A stretch of 64,000 bases of DNA from Octopus sinensis (Eukaryota), in contig NC_043002.1 in NCBI RefSeq assembly GCF_006345805.1, positions 99,076,001-99,140,000 of the forward strand. The letters run 5' to 3'. Both the position numbers and the translations under genes were made by a program. This document shows, in pieces, positions 27,601 through 41,500 of the stretch (its first letter is position 1; every line of letters begins with the position of its first letter). A model generated the notes under the pieces. That model was not told where the DNA came from. It ran no database searches and saw only the letters and a program-made list of their open reading frames with translations.

Positions 27601-29099
27601 GACAGTTTCAGTTATCACAATTATAATTTTGTACACTGGTAAAATATTTGCTACGGGAATACTGTATGAATTCAGAAACGCTCCAGCATTCTGCTTGACG
27701 TAGTGTGGAAACAAATTTAGGAGTGATATGGTCCCTCAATGTACTTGGAGTATCATACGGCGATAACAGTCTTCTTATGTTTAGAAATATAAATGAAGAG
27801 CCAAAAGTTTTGAGAAATACCTTCATAGCTTTTAACTAAATTCAACTTCAAAACAGTAAGCTATTTTGATCTTAGGTTCAATAATAATATTTTACATAAT
27901 TTGGACATAATAGCTCCGTCAGAATATACAGCTAATCATTCAGTCCATTCAATAATAATTTGTTGCATTATAATGAGACGTTATCACGTACCGTATTCAT
28001 TGAAAATAAACAAAAAACATATTATATGTACAAAATATGAAAACCAAAATAAGGAGAAACATTACAGGGTTTAACCCTAATTTTATGCAAAACATTTCCT
28101 CCTGTTTAGTCAAAACAGTTTGTTTCACAATATTTCAAAAATATTTATTTTTAATTCTTCATTAAAAGCACTAGAAAGTTTCTTATTCGCTACGTCAAAT
28201 TTAGCGCAGTCAGTATCTAATATGGACCGAAACAAATATTAACAATTCCTCCTGATCAAAAGAGTAAGACTTTTCGATCGTGGACAGATGTAGATGACCA
28301 CAAATGCGCATTTGCACATTAGTGAATTCCTCTTCAACAACAAAATCTTATATCGGATTATCTGCCAATTCTTTCATTTACAGATCAAAGATATTGACGT
28401 TAGTATGGGAGCAAAAGATTCGGCAAATGCGTGGGGAATATCATGGAATTATACAAAACTCGGCATTTACATATTAAGTTGTCATATATTTTGGGAGGTT
28501 TAAAACTTGATGACGGACTCTTTATAATAAGAAATATAAACAGCGAACTTAAGCATACTGAGGGACTTTTCCCATTTGCCATGCCTTTGCAGCCTTTACA
28601 ATAAGTATATCTCATAATGCTACTGGTTTTAACTTGATGATTCAAAAACACCTTTAGATTCCCAAGTTTAAATGTAAGCTTTTATATTCCATTAAACACA
28701 TCAGTATAAATTTAACATGACAAACATGATATATAAATGAATTTAACAATTCAAATCTACTATTTAACGTCATGTTCTGTCTTGCTACACATAATATATT
28801 AATATAAGTTAATATTTTACAACCAAAGATCAAAAGTAAACTGTTCATCTTTTTTGGTACATGTTAAAGTGTTCTGAAGATATTCTTAATACTAATTCAA
28901 TGTTTAACTTTTTAAGTGTTCTATTTAAACAGTCAAACGGCCCCATGATTGCTGGCATATGAATAGAACATTTTCTGGTTTTATTTGAGTTTTTGTTTAC
29001 CCAGTTTCCCGCTGTAACTCTGACTGTGTTTGAAAGATTTTATGGTGATCATCAGATGATGGTTTTGCAATTCAAGCCTTCATATTCTTTTTTATTCTA

Positions 29100-29289
29100 A
29101 GCACAAGGTCCGAAATTTTGGTAGAGGGGCGAGTAAGTTAGATAGATACAAGTACTCAACTGGTACTTAATTTATCGACTCCAAAAGGATGAAAGGCAAA
29201 GTCGACCTCGGCGGAATTTGAACGTAAAGACAGACGAAATACCTATTTCTTTTACTACCCACAAGGGGTTAAATACAGAGAGGACAAAC
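29100..29289 (-). mobile_element. SINE family B, 5'-truncated dimer-type copy
   Basis: Central domain plus the junction GACGAAATAC|CTATTTCT..TACTACCCACAAGGGG, also present at ~59450. Confidence 0.75.
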
Positions 29290-29451
29290 ACTGTGGCGAG
29301 AGTAAATGGTTCGTATTCCGCAGGCGCAAAGGGACGTTGCAGAGTACCATGTCATGGCCAGAGTGAAAAGTTTTTTTTCAACTAAAAGGCTATGAATGAA
29401 TAGAAATAATGCAATCACACGAACATGCTTACATATATCTTTCTGCCGCCG

Positions 29452-29537
<86 letters not shown>

Positions 29538-29685
29538 TATGAGAGAGAGAGATGTTTTTATTTTTCATTCCCTTCGAGTTTTTTTATTCCTAGTAGTGGA
29601 TTAGACTTTAGCTGTTCCTTCTAGCGTGAAAGGAATCCTATGAAGGATACCTCGTATGTGTTTCAATGTACACTGTATCTATCTG

Positions 29686-29858
<173 letters not shown>

Positions 29859-32214
29859 CAAATTGAGATAGGGGTTGTAAATGCAACCCTCCATGGGATA
29901 ACATATATCCAATATACTGCTAGTGAAGTACCCAACAAAGTTAATACATAAATGTTAAGAATTGCGATACAATTAATTCATTTATTGTATTATATGGGCA
30001 AAGTAAAATTAATGAATTATGTATATATATATATATAATATATATATATAATATATATACATCAACGGAAGAATTTATTAATTCAGTTCATCACGACAAA
30101 AGGCATCATCTGTTAAAGACAGAGTTTAAAATTCTTACTTTAATTGTTTCACATTTCAAGTAGTATTACTGTGGAAACTATGTCCAATTCTGCATTAAAT
30201 ATTCAAGTCACATTTCGCAGAGGTTTTCTTTAGTTTCGACTAAATCCTATGCTTCTAATTTTTGTACTTACAAAAGTACATTTTTAGAAATGTTTAAGAT
30301 ATAGCAAGTTAAGAATAGGCATTGTATTTAGTAAAGAGAACTATATATTGGTGTTGAATAAACTATGATGATGGCAATGTGTTGAACAACAAGAATGATA
30401 CAGCGCATTGTCAGAAACAAGAAAACTCGTTTTAACAAGAGAGTAGTATAAACATGGAAATGCTAAAAGCAGGGGAATATATGTATTATATAACATGATG
30501 TGATAGCATATAATTACTCATAACTAACAGTAAATGTATTCAATACAAAAGAAACGTGTAACTGTCTAATCAGGTCCATCAACTATCCTGATGCACCGAA
30601 AAGACATATACGCGTACGCACGTACACATTCTCACACCTACTCACACACATACACAAACACACACACACTACAACAAACGAAGAGATATCTGCGTTATGC
30701 TAAGATAACACGTTAGGTGTTTTCGGTATGATGGAAGCATAATACAACTATTCAGGTTATGCAACACACTAACCAGCGAGATTTGTTGAGCGTCAATGGA
30801 TCTCACAACAGTTCGTTACATCACTCTGCTTTGAGAAATTGCCTAACAATCTTGGGGGTTGATTGGTGTTAGGCATAACTTGCGTAGCTCTATTATGTAA
30901 ACATCAAAACCAAAAACTAACGAAACAAGAGTAGCAAAATTCGAAAATTTACTTGTTTTACTTTACTTTAGGTCATACTATACTTTCTATTTTTCGTTTA
31001 ATAGACCATATATTTTTGGAAGTACTGATTGCCCAGCAACGACCTCTTCAGGTTCATATGGTGAGAGATAAATATTTAATAGACACAATACATGTTTTTT
31101 TATGCGCTACTAGTAGTTTCATGTGCAGGGAACATGACAAACGATGTTCTATAATACGTCTGACATCTTAGCACAACCATTAGTTACAGCCCACATGGTA
31201 TAACGAACGAAAAGTTGAATGAGAGAAAAAGGCGAGAAGGATATATATAGAAAAAGTGAAAGATTGAGAAGTTGGAAACGAAAAATTAACCAGAAAGAAG
31301 CAAAATACGTAAAAAGTCGTTTCCTTTAAACAATGAATTAACTGGCTGAAAAATAGTAACTTAGAGTGTATGGTATAGTTAATCAGAAGGAGAAGGCATT
31401 TCTCAAATTCTTCAACAGGAACTTAGGCATATACTTACAACCGCCGAAAAATTCAGATCTAATGTTCAGCAGTGAGTTAGAGCACTTATATCTGAAAAGA
31501 ACTCGAGCCCTTTCAGCTAAGTATAACTTGCACATTTTGATCCATTAACATAAGGTGTTAACATTATCGTATGCGGTTTTGCGCTTAATTACGAATTCCA
31601 TACGTGGCTAACCAACATAGAAGATTTGTTTTCGAACTTATGACAAAGAAAGCTATGTGATAAGCAGAGCGATTTTTAAATCCTCCTTCTTATCGGTTCT
31701 GTCATCATCTAACGTTACATTAAGTTCTGCCTCATATATGACAAATTTAATCATACATGACTGGTCAAGTGGACAGTTTCTTGTCTCGGCAGTTATAATT
31801 GGATTTAGGCTCTTCTTATATGTTCCCAGCACATGAAACTAGTAGTAGCACATAAAGCATGTACTGTGTCTACTAAATGAAATATATATACATACAATAA
31901 GCTCTCTCGTAGAAGATGACGTATAATCGTTTAGGTTTTGCCGGACGACCCACACAAATGATTATTTTACAGTGATCAAATATTCGTACCACACAAAAGC
32001 TTATTCTCTCCATCAAATCGGCGTTGTCTGAAGAGGTTCATTATGCTCCAAGCGTCAGGTGTCGTAGTGATCGCAGAGTAACGTGAGCTGAAGTGTTTTG
32101 CTCAAGAACTCAACATTCCACCTGGTCTTCGAACGGAAACCATGATGTAGTGATCGCGAGTGATACTTCTTTTCCACTAAACCGTGCGCCATCACTATTG
32201 TAACACATCCTTTT

Positions 32215-33050
32215 GATATATGTATCACGTCGTTCAGGGCCTCCAGCGACCTCCCGAACGAATAAAGACATGAAAATTCATGAACTGATCTTGGGGTACC
32301 AACACTGAACAGATGACAAACTTGTTTGCATGACTAGTGTGTGCTGGAGCTCCCGCCAACGAATTTTGAGAGAAGAATTGCGAATCAAATGAGTTGCATC
32401 AAAATTTCTGCCTCGCTTGCTCGCCGAAGATCAAAAGCAGTCACAAGGGAATGCGTTTAGGGAACTGAAAGAATAGTTGGAAATTGATCGGGATATTTTT
32501 TCGAAGGTCATCCATTGGTGACGAAAGCTGGTAATACGGAATTTGCAAACGCGGAAGAGATGAAGACACAAACGACGGAGGCGTTAAAAGGCATCACTTT
32601 GCAAAAAGTCCAACAATGCTTTGAACAGAAGAAAACACGTCTGAACCGATGCAATACTTCAAATAGAGAATACTTTGAAGGCGATAAAAGTGTAAACACG
32701 TAAAAATAAGTGAATAAAGTGAGGGCGCGTGGCTAAGTGGTTAGGGCATTCGGCTCATGATGGTAAGGTTGTGAGTTCGATTCCCGGCGACGCATTGTGC
32801 CCTTGACACTTATTTCACGTTGCTCCAGTTCACTCAGCTGGCAAAAATGTGTAGTACCTGTATTTCAAAAGGGCCAGCCTTGTCACACTCTGTGTCAAGC
32901 TGAACCTCCTTACGAACTACGTTAAAGGTACACGAGCAAGCTGTTCCGTTGATCGTATCAGCTGGGATCCTCGTCGTCGCAACCGACGGAGTGCTCCTAA
33001 GTGAATAAAACAATACTGCAAAATTCCCGTTTCTTTTGGAAACTCCCCCA
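32215..33050 (+). mobile_element. Decayed, internally deleted mariner with 3' TIR; SINE inserted in its 3' end
   Basis: Remnants KFLPRLLAEDQK, KVI.GDESW, ..LNRC..SNREYFEGD. TIR-like AATTCCCGTTTCTTTTGGAAACTCCCCCA followed by TA at 33051-33052. Confidence 0.75.
32719..32997 (+). mobile_element. SINE family C (probably OR2-type), nested in a mariner
   Basis: A box TGGCTAAGTGG, B box GAGTTCGATTCC. 12-bp TSD TAAGTGAATAAA at 32707-32718 and 32998-33009. Confidence 0.85.
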
Positions 33051-33056
33051 TACACT

Positions 33057-33154
<98 letters not shown>

Positions 33155-33529
33155 TGGGTATATAGTCGATTGTGTAGGCCCCAGTAATAAATAATCCGGT
33201 ATTTTAGTTGGCCAGTTCTAGGCGGACGAAAAGCAACGTATACTGAGCAGAAATCCTCGTCAGGATTTGAACACACAACCAATAGTTTTGTAGCTGAATA
33301 CTTCCGGTTGCTATAGCAAATTTGCCCATGCCCCTCACTTAAATACGCTAATGTATTGATTCAACTGAGAAGATATTTTGGAAATATGGGAAAGAATATA
33401 TTTACCGAAAGGCATTGTTTCAGTATTGTTTTTATTCAGTTTTGAGTTTTCAACTTTGGTTTAGGAGACCCATAATAAAAAAAAAAAATCACGCTTTCTA
33501 TGGCCCCTTAGTTCGTAAGAGCAACGTAA

Positions 33530-34361
33530 TCTATATATATATAAACGGCGGTTTGTCTGTCTGTGTGTCTGTGTGTCTGTCAGGTTGTACCCTCACCCTG
33601 ACCACGGCTTTCAACCGATTCTGATGAAACTTGACACACACATAGACGCAGGAGTGGCTGTGTGGTAAGTAGCTTGCTAACCAACCACATGGTTCCGGGT
33701 TCAGTCCCACTGCGTGGCATCTTGGGCGAGTGTCTTCTGCTATAGCCCCGGGCCGACCAATGCCTTGTGAGTGGATTTGGTAGACGGAAACTGAAAGAAG
33801 CCTGTCGTATATATGTATATATATATATGTTAGTGTGTGTGTATATGTTTGTATGTCTGTGTTTGTCCCCCTAGCATTGCTTGACAACTGATGCTGGTGT
33901 GTTTACGTCCCCGTCACTTAGCGGTTCGGCAAAAGAGACCGATAGGATAAGTACTGGGCTTACAAAGAATAAGTCCCGGGGTCGATTTGCTCGACTAAAG
34001 GCGGTGCTTCAGCATGGCCGCAGTCAAATGACTGAAACAAATAAAAGAGTAAAAGAGTAAAGAGTATAGCCCAATGTCATAATTCAAAACTAACGCAGCG
34101 AAAATTTTGAAAAGTTCCCCCAGTTCTGAAAAAAAATCGATAAATTCGACATGGGGTCGAGAATCTAAGCTTTTTATATGCAACACATTTTCTGTCGGGA
34201 GACAGCTAGGAACATCGTATACATAGAAGTATTCGAGTGAAGAGAAGACATTGCAACCTACACATGCGCCTTCGTTCGCTAGAGGGAAAGGACTAGATGG
34301 GATTAGTCGTTGCCTACTAGGGGCTCTTACATACCCGGGCAACGCCGGGCTATGCTGCTAG
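33530..34361 (+). mobile_element. Non-autonomous Helitron (second family) interrupted by a SINE
   Basis: A|TCTATATATATATAAACGGC 5' end. CCCGG-GCAACG-CCGGG hairpin and CTAG|T at 34358-34362. Confidence 0.85.
33647..34062 (+). mobile_element. SINE family A, full length, nested in a Helitron
   Basis: Complete head-body-tail colinear with 15281-15722 and 57398-57794. Confidence 0.9.
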
Positions 34362-36619
34362 TACTGGTTTAAAGTTCTAGCACAAAGACTGCAAATACTG
34401 AACTGGTCTTTATTTTGTCGAATCCGAAAAGATGAAAGTCAGTGTCGACCTCGCTGGAATTTGAACTCACAACGGAAAGACGGACGATATGCCGCTAAGA
34501 TTTGTATAATATTACACTATCTAATGTGCTCTTTTAGTTTGATAGGGGTAGTGTGTCATTTTGGTGGGATTTGACAGCTATTTCTCGCAAATCTTACGTT
34601 CACATAGAAACATGCACCTTTTGGTTGGCTTTCAGCGGAAACAGTGTACATTTTGGATTGCTGTAAGAAAATTGCTAAATATGTTGGAAGATTCGAAATT
34701 GGCTGTTGGTTGTACAACGTTTTGGACACTTTACTAAGAAACAATCATATATTTTTTTTACGTAACTTGTTAATTATTTAGTCCAGGGCATAATTCTCAA
34801 TCGCACAGATAAACCATTTTGCGTTGAAAATAAGCTTGAGGGCATAACTAATCATTGTATTTTGAAAAGGCACATCTGTGCAGATTCATTTCCTTTGTTG
34901 GAAGGAAACAAAATCAATACACTTAGGCAGTTTCTGTGATTTAAAAGCTGTCACTGGAAACTACGAAGATTTCTCAATACAATGGAATAATGTAGAGAAC
35001 ACGTTTTTTTCTGTTATATAGCAATCTATGTGCAACAGGCACGCTGGTAACTGGTTTCCAACGAACCAATCACTGATTCAATACATTATCTATGACAGTA
35101 GTTACAAAGCTGTGCCAAATACTATGACGAAAACCGCTTTTCGTTTTTCTCGTCGATATCTTTACCAATATACGCAAACGAAAGCCATCCACACACACAC
35201 ACACACTCATACACACATGCACATATACAACGGTGTCTACGTAGTTTTCATCTAGTAAATCTTACTCACAAGTTATTAGTGAATCCAAAGAACTTTCCGA
35301 AAATGCCGCGCAATGGAATCGAACTCAAGATTCGTGGTTACCTAGAAAGCTTCTGGTCCATACAGTCATATCTGTGCCCTGGTAGTAGCTTTATATATTG
35401 CTGGTAAAATATTTTTTCGTTCGATATTGCTGGCGTACATGAAATGAAGTTTATAAATGTTTGGCACGAAAGTGTATTATCTTCGACGGAAGCTTTAAAA
35501 TTCCAATTAGGAAGTATAGATATTGTTGACACAACACTTCATTTCGCTAGTTATTACCTTAGATATTACTTGCACATATAAAATGAAATTTGAAGTCGCA
35601 TTAAGTTGTTTATGAACATTATAATTGCGTTTACATTAGGCAACAGAGATTGTATTATTCAGATAATGCCCAATATCGATATAATTGTATATATAGCTAT
35701 TCATCACAATTTCGTCTTTAATTAATGATTTCTTAGTTGAAATAATGGGCCATTTTGTTTAATTGATGTTATCGAATATTAAGTTCGCTACAAAGAATGA
35801 CAATTCCTTAAATAATAATGGATTTCTTCTCAATGATAATTATTAGATGTAAAGTAAGCCTATTCATACACTAGCCAGAGGCGGTGAAAGGAAAAGGGCT
35901 GCTGATCTTTTCAGGCTCCTCGAAGCTGTGCTATTGATACAGCTGTTTCCCCAGAGTGACTATTCACAGATAGATATATTGGGGAATGGAGATAAGCAGG
36001 GATATACTTTGAAATTACTGGTTGGATTACATTGTATACATCCAATCAAGGAATGACTGTTACACCGGGTAGGGTGTTAGCTATCACAACACCAGCCAAC
36101 ACAGTGACTCGCAACATCACCCGTAACTCACCATACGTAGAAACTAGTAAGGTATTGTAGTAATACAGAGATGTACTGGGTTTCACAAACGAGAAATTTG
36201 ATATCGTTGAGTGATGATTTCCTTTTTATCCTTGAGAAATTGGTGCCCAGTTCAACCTAAGACCAGCGTAATCAGTGGTCATTGTTTGAACCTTCGATTA
36301 AATGATGAGTATCAAATGATGAGTTTTACGTAAAATATATAACACAAGAGAAAATGGATCACCATGAGTCTTACATAAAATATATAACACAAGAGAAAAT
36401 GGACCATGAAAAACAGCTATGAGATATTCTATCGTTTAAGGTTTGATAATTTTGGAAGGCCGTTTGCTTTTCTAAACACTTAAAACACTGGTATTATTAA
36501 ATATCAACAATTAAATTTCATTTACAGCATGATTTCAGTATCGTGCAAGTACATCAAAACCAGCTGTTTGTTTCCGATTATGTATGGGTTTCAAATATTG
36601 TCTCAAAATCGGCAATTTA

Positions 36620-36805
36620 AGGGAGGGGGATATAAGTCGATTACATCGAACCCCATTGTTCAACTGGTAATTATCTTATCGATATCAAAATGATGAAAAG
36701 CAAGGTCGATCCCGGCGCAATTTGAACTCAGAACGTAAAGACGGGTGGGATGCCATTGAGCATTTTGCATAGCTTGTTAACGATTCTGCCAGCTCGCCGC
36801 CTTAT
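36620..36805 (-). mobile_element. SINE family B, diverged
   Basis: Ends ..ACGATTCTGCCAGCTCGCCGCCTT like 2861. Central domain is recognisable. Confidence 0.7.
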
Positions 36806-39390
36806 TTCAGATTCGCATAAACCAGTCACGCCAAGCGTGTTGAATCTTGGATCCCTACTTAGCGAATGAAAACATATTTATGAAATGCATTTTTCTCTTT
36901 CTATATTTGAAACTAAAACCAATTTTCAGATTAGTACTCATCTTTTTCAACATTATTAACAACATATTACTATTATTGACACACAGCAATTTATTTAAGA
37001 GTCATACGATTTTGTTGTTAAGACCGCAATTATCTTAGTCTGAAGCAGTAGGCATCACATTTAACACCTTGTATCAATCGTGGTGGTACATGATTGCAAC
37101 AATTATTTTAGGTTCTTGAAAGCAAAATGGCTGCACGCATGCATTAAAAACTGTAGCGAACAATACCAAAGCTACAATCTAGCCAGAAACTATCACTGAA
37201 GACTAATTAAAAAAAAATATCTAAAAATACCTGATTATGTTATCTCATACAAAAAGCGAATCATTTGTGTTCTCACAGATATCGTGAACTCTTTCGCACT
37301 ACATATTGCCAGTTAAAACGTATAGAATTTAACAAAGCACGAAACTTGAAAGATTGTATGGCACAGTATATAGCGAATGAGATTAGAATCAATGGTAGCT
37401 TATTAATGCATCGAATAAACAAAGGAATTAAAACACAAAGGATTGTATAAGAAACACATCATACACACGGACATATACATGTATGCGACGTATGCGTGCG
37501 TGTGTATAGGTGTGTCTGTGTGTCTATGCGTGTTTGTGTGTAAAAGAACATATAAGAAGCATATGACTGCTGCCCAAAGACTGGATACATACCGAATACG
37601 TTAACGAGATAAAAAAAAAAAAGATAATTTTAAAAGCAGCAGAAAATATAACACCCTGCACCTTAAACATAGCAATTACTGAAAAAGCGAAAGAAATATC
37701 AGCAACTCGAGCAGTTCCTTTCCGAGTAAGAATGCAGATGCAGAAAGGATACACGAAATCATGGAAATACGATAAACTTTATCTTAATTAGATATATCGT
37801 CATAATTTTCGAAGCGTTATTTATTGAGGCATAGGAAGCTGACTTATTTCCTATTCTTATTTTATAGAATACGTGATAATCGTTTCTAATACAGACAAAA
37901 GGTTAGGTTTTTGAGGATGAGGCTTGTCGGTATCATCGTTTTCCGTACTTGACAAGTAATTATTTTATCGATCCTGAAATGCCGAACTTCAGCAGTTGAA
38001 CATAGAATGTAAAATCCCAAATGAAAAATCGGAAGGTGTTTTGCCAGACGCCCACCCTTTGCCCTGAAAATCCAGATAAGTAAAGTGTTACATTGGCTCA
38101 GATATGATATTTTTCAGAACGCAGATAATTTTTACTAAATATTGATTTCTTATAATGGCTTCAAATCTTCGTTTGGCTATTGTAGATTAGACCAATTAGC
38201 TGGAACTTATTAAATCAAACTAATAATAATGAATGTCAAACTATATTCCAACAAATTTTCAACTTAGAATGTGAAAAGATCTTAGGTGAATGATGAATGG
38301 AGTTGAAATAGTCCCGATGGGAATGATCACTGAATCGCAAAGAAAATAAAATTAGGGGTGAAGAATGGAACCGAAATTCGAATGGCAAGGATACTAAAGA
38401 AGGCGCTCTCAAATTGAGATGACGATACTGAAAAACCCCCTGGTAATTTATTATCACTTGTTGCACGGAATATCGAAACGATACACCATTCACCTACGAT
38501 ATGGGTGGCTCTATATCCCAAAAAATATTTGAAAACCATACGTGGAAATATTGATCTTTATCTGTAATAAATACAATGCAGAAAACTTGTTTACCAGACT
38601 CAGCAAGAATTAGCCAAAAAGTACACGCTACAACGTAAGCATGAATACGGAGAGCGGGAAAACAATTTATAAAGAAGGTCCAAGTACCCCTCGAAACAAG
38701 TTGCAATTGCGTAATTAAGCATAATTCGTTAAAATCAGACTACTACTACTACTACTACTACTACTAGGTACATACTTATAATATGTACATACTTAGAGCA
38801 GGCCCGTTCACTTGAACCATCCTTACCGCTATCATCCATTATAAGCACAAAGCCAGAAACTAGTCCGTCGCATCGACCTCAGTGTTCAACTGGTACGTAT
38901 TGTATCCACTCTGAAATGATAAAAGGCAACGTCTCATCGTCTTTCTCCTTGGTATACTCGACTGGGAACAGACTGAGATAGCCTTGCCGTCTTCGAAAGT
39001 AAGCGGAGAGTTGTATGCTTGTTGACATTTCACCCGGCCGTTTGTCATTCTTTAATCGTAGCAATCGCTACCAAACCATATTGTGCCAAATCGTTAAAAC
39101 TAAAGCGAAAGTCAATGTCATTGCTAAGGTTTTACATCCTGGTACATACTTCTTCGCCTGAAACACTTGGCACAAATTTCGCACTCCCCGTCTCTCTCGC
39201 TCTCTCTCCCCCCCTCTCTCTCTCTCTCTCTCTCATCGTGTTCAATCCTATAATCATCGCTGGCCATAGCCCTCCAAGCCTAAATCAGTTATTTCAGGAT
39301 ATTGGTGGGTTTTCCCGGGAAAAACATACTAGTCACTTGGTATCTGAGCTTATCCTTGAGGTACAGATCATATACTTGTTATATGCCCAT

Positions 39391-39461
39391 GAGCATATGG
39401 CGTAGTGGTTAAGAGTCTACTAATCCCCAAGATTCCGAGTTCGATTCCAGGCAGTAACCTA

Positions 39462-39519
<58 letters not shown>

Positions 39520-39668
39520 TCTAAAAATACCTTAAGAATGAGAACCCAGGTTCGAAATTTCCCCAAGGGACCTCATGAAGGCTGGAGGGTATATCAGCCG
39601 AAACGTTGTGTTAACAACAAACAGATGCGGACAAATATCCGTCAAATATAAATAATGTAAATAATGTA
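39391..39668 (+). mobile_element. tRNA-headed SINE family D with hammerhead-like 3' module
   Basis: A box TGGCGTAGTGG, B box GAGTTCGATTCC, (AAT)n spacer, hammerhead-like core at 39567-39612, AATAATGTA tail repeats. Second copy at 50770-50993. Confidence 0.75.
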
Positions 39669-40071
39669 TTGTAATGTTGCTCCAAACATGTACCAATTCC
39701 TAATCTCATTGGTATAAAGGGATCTCCAGTGTTCCTAATGAGACAGAGACAATATTTTCAGTATCAGTCATGAAGAATAGGGTGTCTATGTGTTAAGAAA
39801 CTTAGCCAAAGTGATTTCACCTGTACGAAAATACTTATGTTCAACTTTTCAGTGTTAGTAGTAAGCATTTAAATACAAAGACGAGAAGAATAAGAAATTT
39901 CTGTGTTGACAGTACCTTCATTCTGACGCTTGTGTGTATATTACCATTATTGCAAATAAAGTCACTATTTTTTTTCTGTTATTTTATTGTGTTAATATAC
40001 TTTTCCTGTGTGTATCTTTCCAAAAATAATTTTTGATTCATTTTGTTGAAAATGACTGCTTTTTCAATTCC

Positions 40072-40143
<72 letters not shown>

Positions 40144-40639
40144 TGTGTGCGTGCGTATGTGTGTGTGTGAGTGTGTCTGTGCTTGTAGTGAAGACTTACA
40201 GAGGTGTTGAAATGTTGACGTATCTTCATATTTTTCGTTGTGGACGCCATTATTTGCAAGTATCAAAGATAATACAACAAAAAATATTAAAAAAAAAACA
40301 ATTGTCCTTGTATATTTTGGTGAAAATAGTATCGAATCTTGCTTAGAATGTTCTGCTTTGTATAATTCAACTGAAAGTGAATGGTTAACATCAGCTCTGC
40401 TAAAGATAAAATTTGTAAAAAACTTTAGACAGGAAGAGCAATGAAGAAAAGTATTTTGACAATCCAGAATAGAATAATATTTCTTTCTATTACTGGTAAA
40501 ATACTTGAAATTTATAATGAGAAGCTAGTCAATTACACCGATCTCAGTGATTATTTTAGAAATATTTTTGTTCTTTTCTGAATTAAAAATTGGGAAATTA
40601 ACCCCGGAAACATCCATCAATAAATAAAGAACCGAAATT

Positions 40640-41500
40640 AAGGAAATTTACATTAAATTCGATTAATATGTGTTCGTCGTTCAGTGAGAATACAGTATAA
40701 TGGAAACGTTAATGCCAGAAAAAGACACATATTTCTTGATTCGTCGTTTGCCTCAAGGTGGTTTCTCGCAATATGGTTCTGTAACTGATTTGCCGCAATA
40801 TGGAAGACCACGTTCACTCCGTTTGTAGTTTCAGTCGGCACGTTTACGCAACAGTTTTCAACGAGAACAGGAAACACCGATTTTTCAGATGTTCTCAACA
40901 ATTAGGGATGGCCCTAATGTCATTATATCGCATTGCAAATTATTTGAATTTGTGCTCGTGCAAACTGCAATAAACAGAAAATTTGAAAGCGAGCGCACAT
41001 CAGCAACAGTTGAAAGCCATATGTTGGGAACAAAAGAAAGTAATATTTTTGATAAGATGATTATGAGCCTATAAGCCCATTTCCATTTGAACGGTTTTAT
41101 TTTTAAGAAGTAGATCTATCGGATTCGGAGTTTAAGACATATTATAGTTATTCAGCAACATGAGTCGTATATACACATATGTACAACCCGGTGTGGTGTT
41201 ACGCAAGAAACTGTCATTGGACTTTGCAACATGGTTCTTTTTTTTTTTAGTGAAGATTCCGACGCTTTTACAAACACTGTTGTATGGCATCAGGTTATGA
41301 TAGTTATTTCTGGCGCCAAGCAGTGCATAATAAATCTGAAATGTTATTTGTTCAAGAAAATGGAGCTATTAGTCACTTTGCTTTTAGCTACGGTGAAGCT
41401 TAGAAAACAAACTCTTAATTACTGAATAATAACAACATCATCGCTGGTTACAGTTTTCAAACGGGGTCAGACTATGCTTTACTGAATTTATGAAAGCGAG
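40640..41500 (+). mobile_element. Highly decayed Tc1/mariner-superfamily transposase
   Basis: Motifs in order across frames: YGSVTDLPQYGRPRS..SQQLG, AHFHLNG, CGVTQETVIG, VQENGAISHFA (QQDGA..H-like). Confidence 0.6.

Noticed and set aside
27018-29402. Direct repeats as LTRs of a 2.4-kb LTR element or as a CRISPR-like array
   Set aside because: No TG..CA ends, PBS, PPT or TSD, and only two copies. One copy is explained by a SINE junction, and the context is eukaryotic.
32719-32800. tRNA-like sequences (also at 39391, 46810, 50770 and the family A heads) as tRNA genes
   Set aside because: They have A/B boxes but no complete cloverleaf and continue into SINE bodies.
36200-36330. Several RTGATGA (C-box-like) motifs suggesting a C/D snoRNA
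   Set aside because: No suitably placed CTGA D box or terminal stem.
37524-37754. Hydrophobic 76-aa ORF resembling a transmembrane exon
   Set aside because: The hydrophobicity comes from a T-rich strand including a poly-T run, and there is no family motif.
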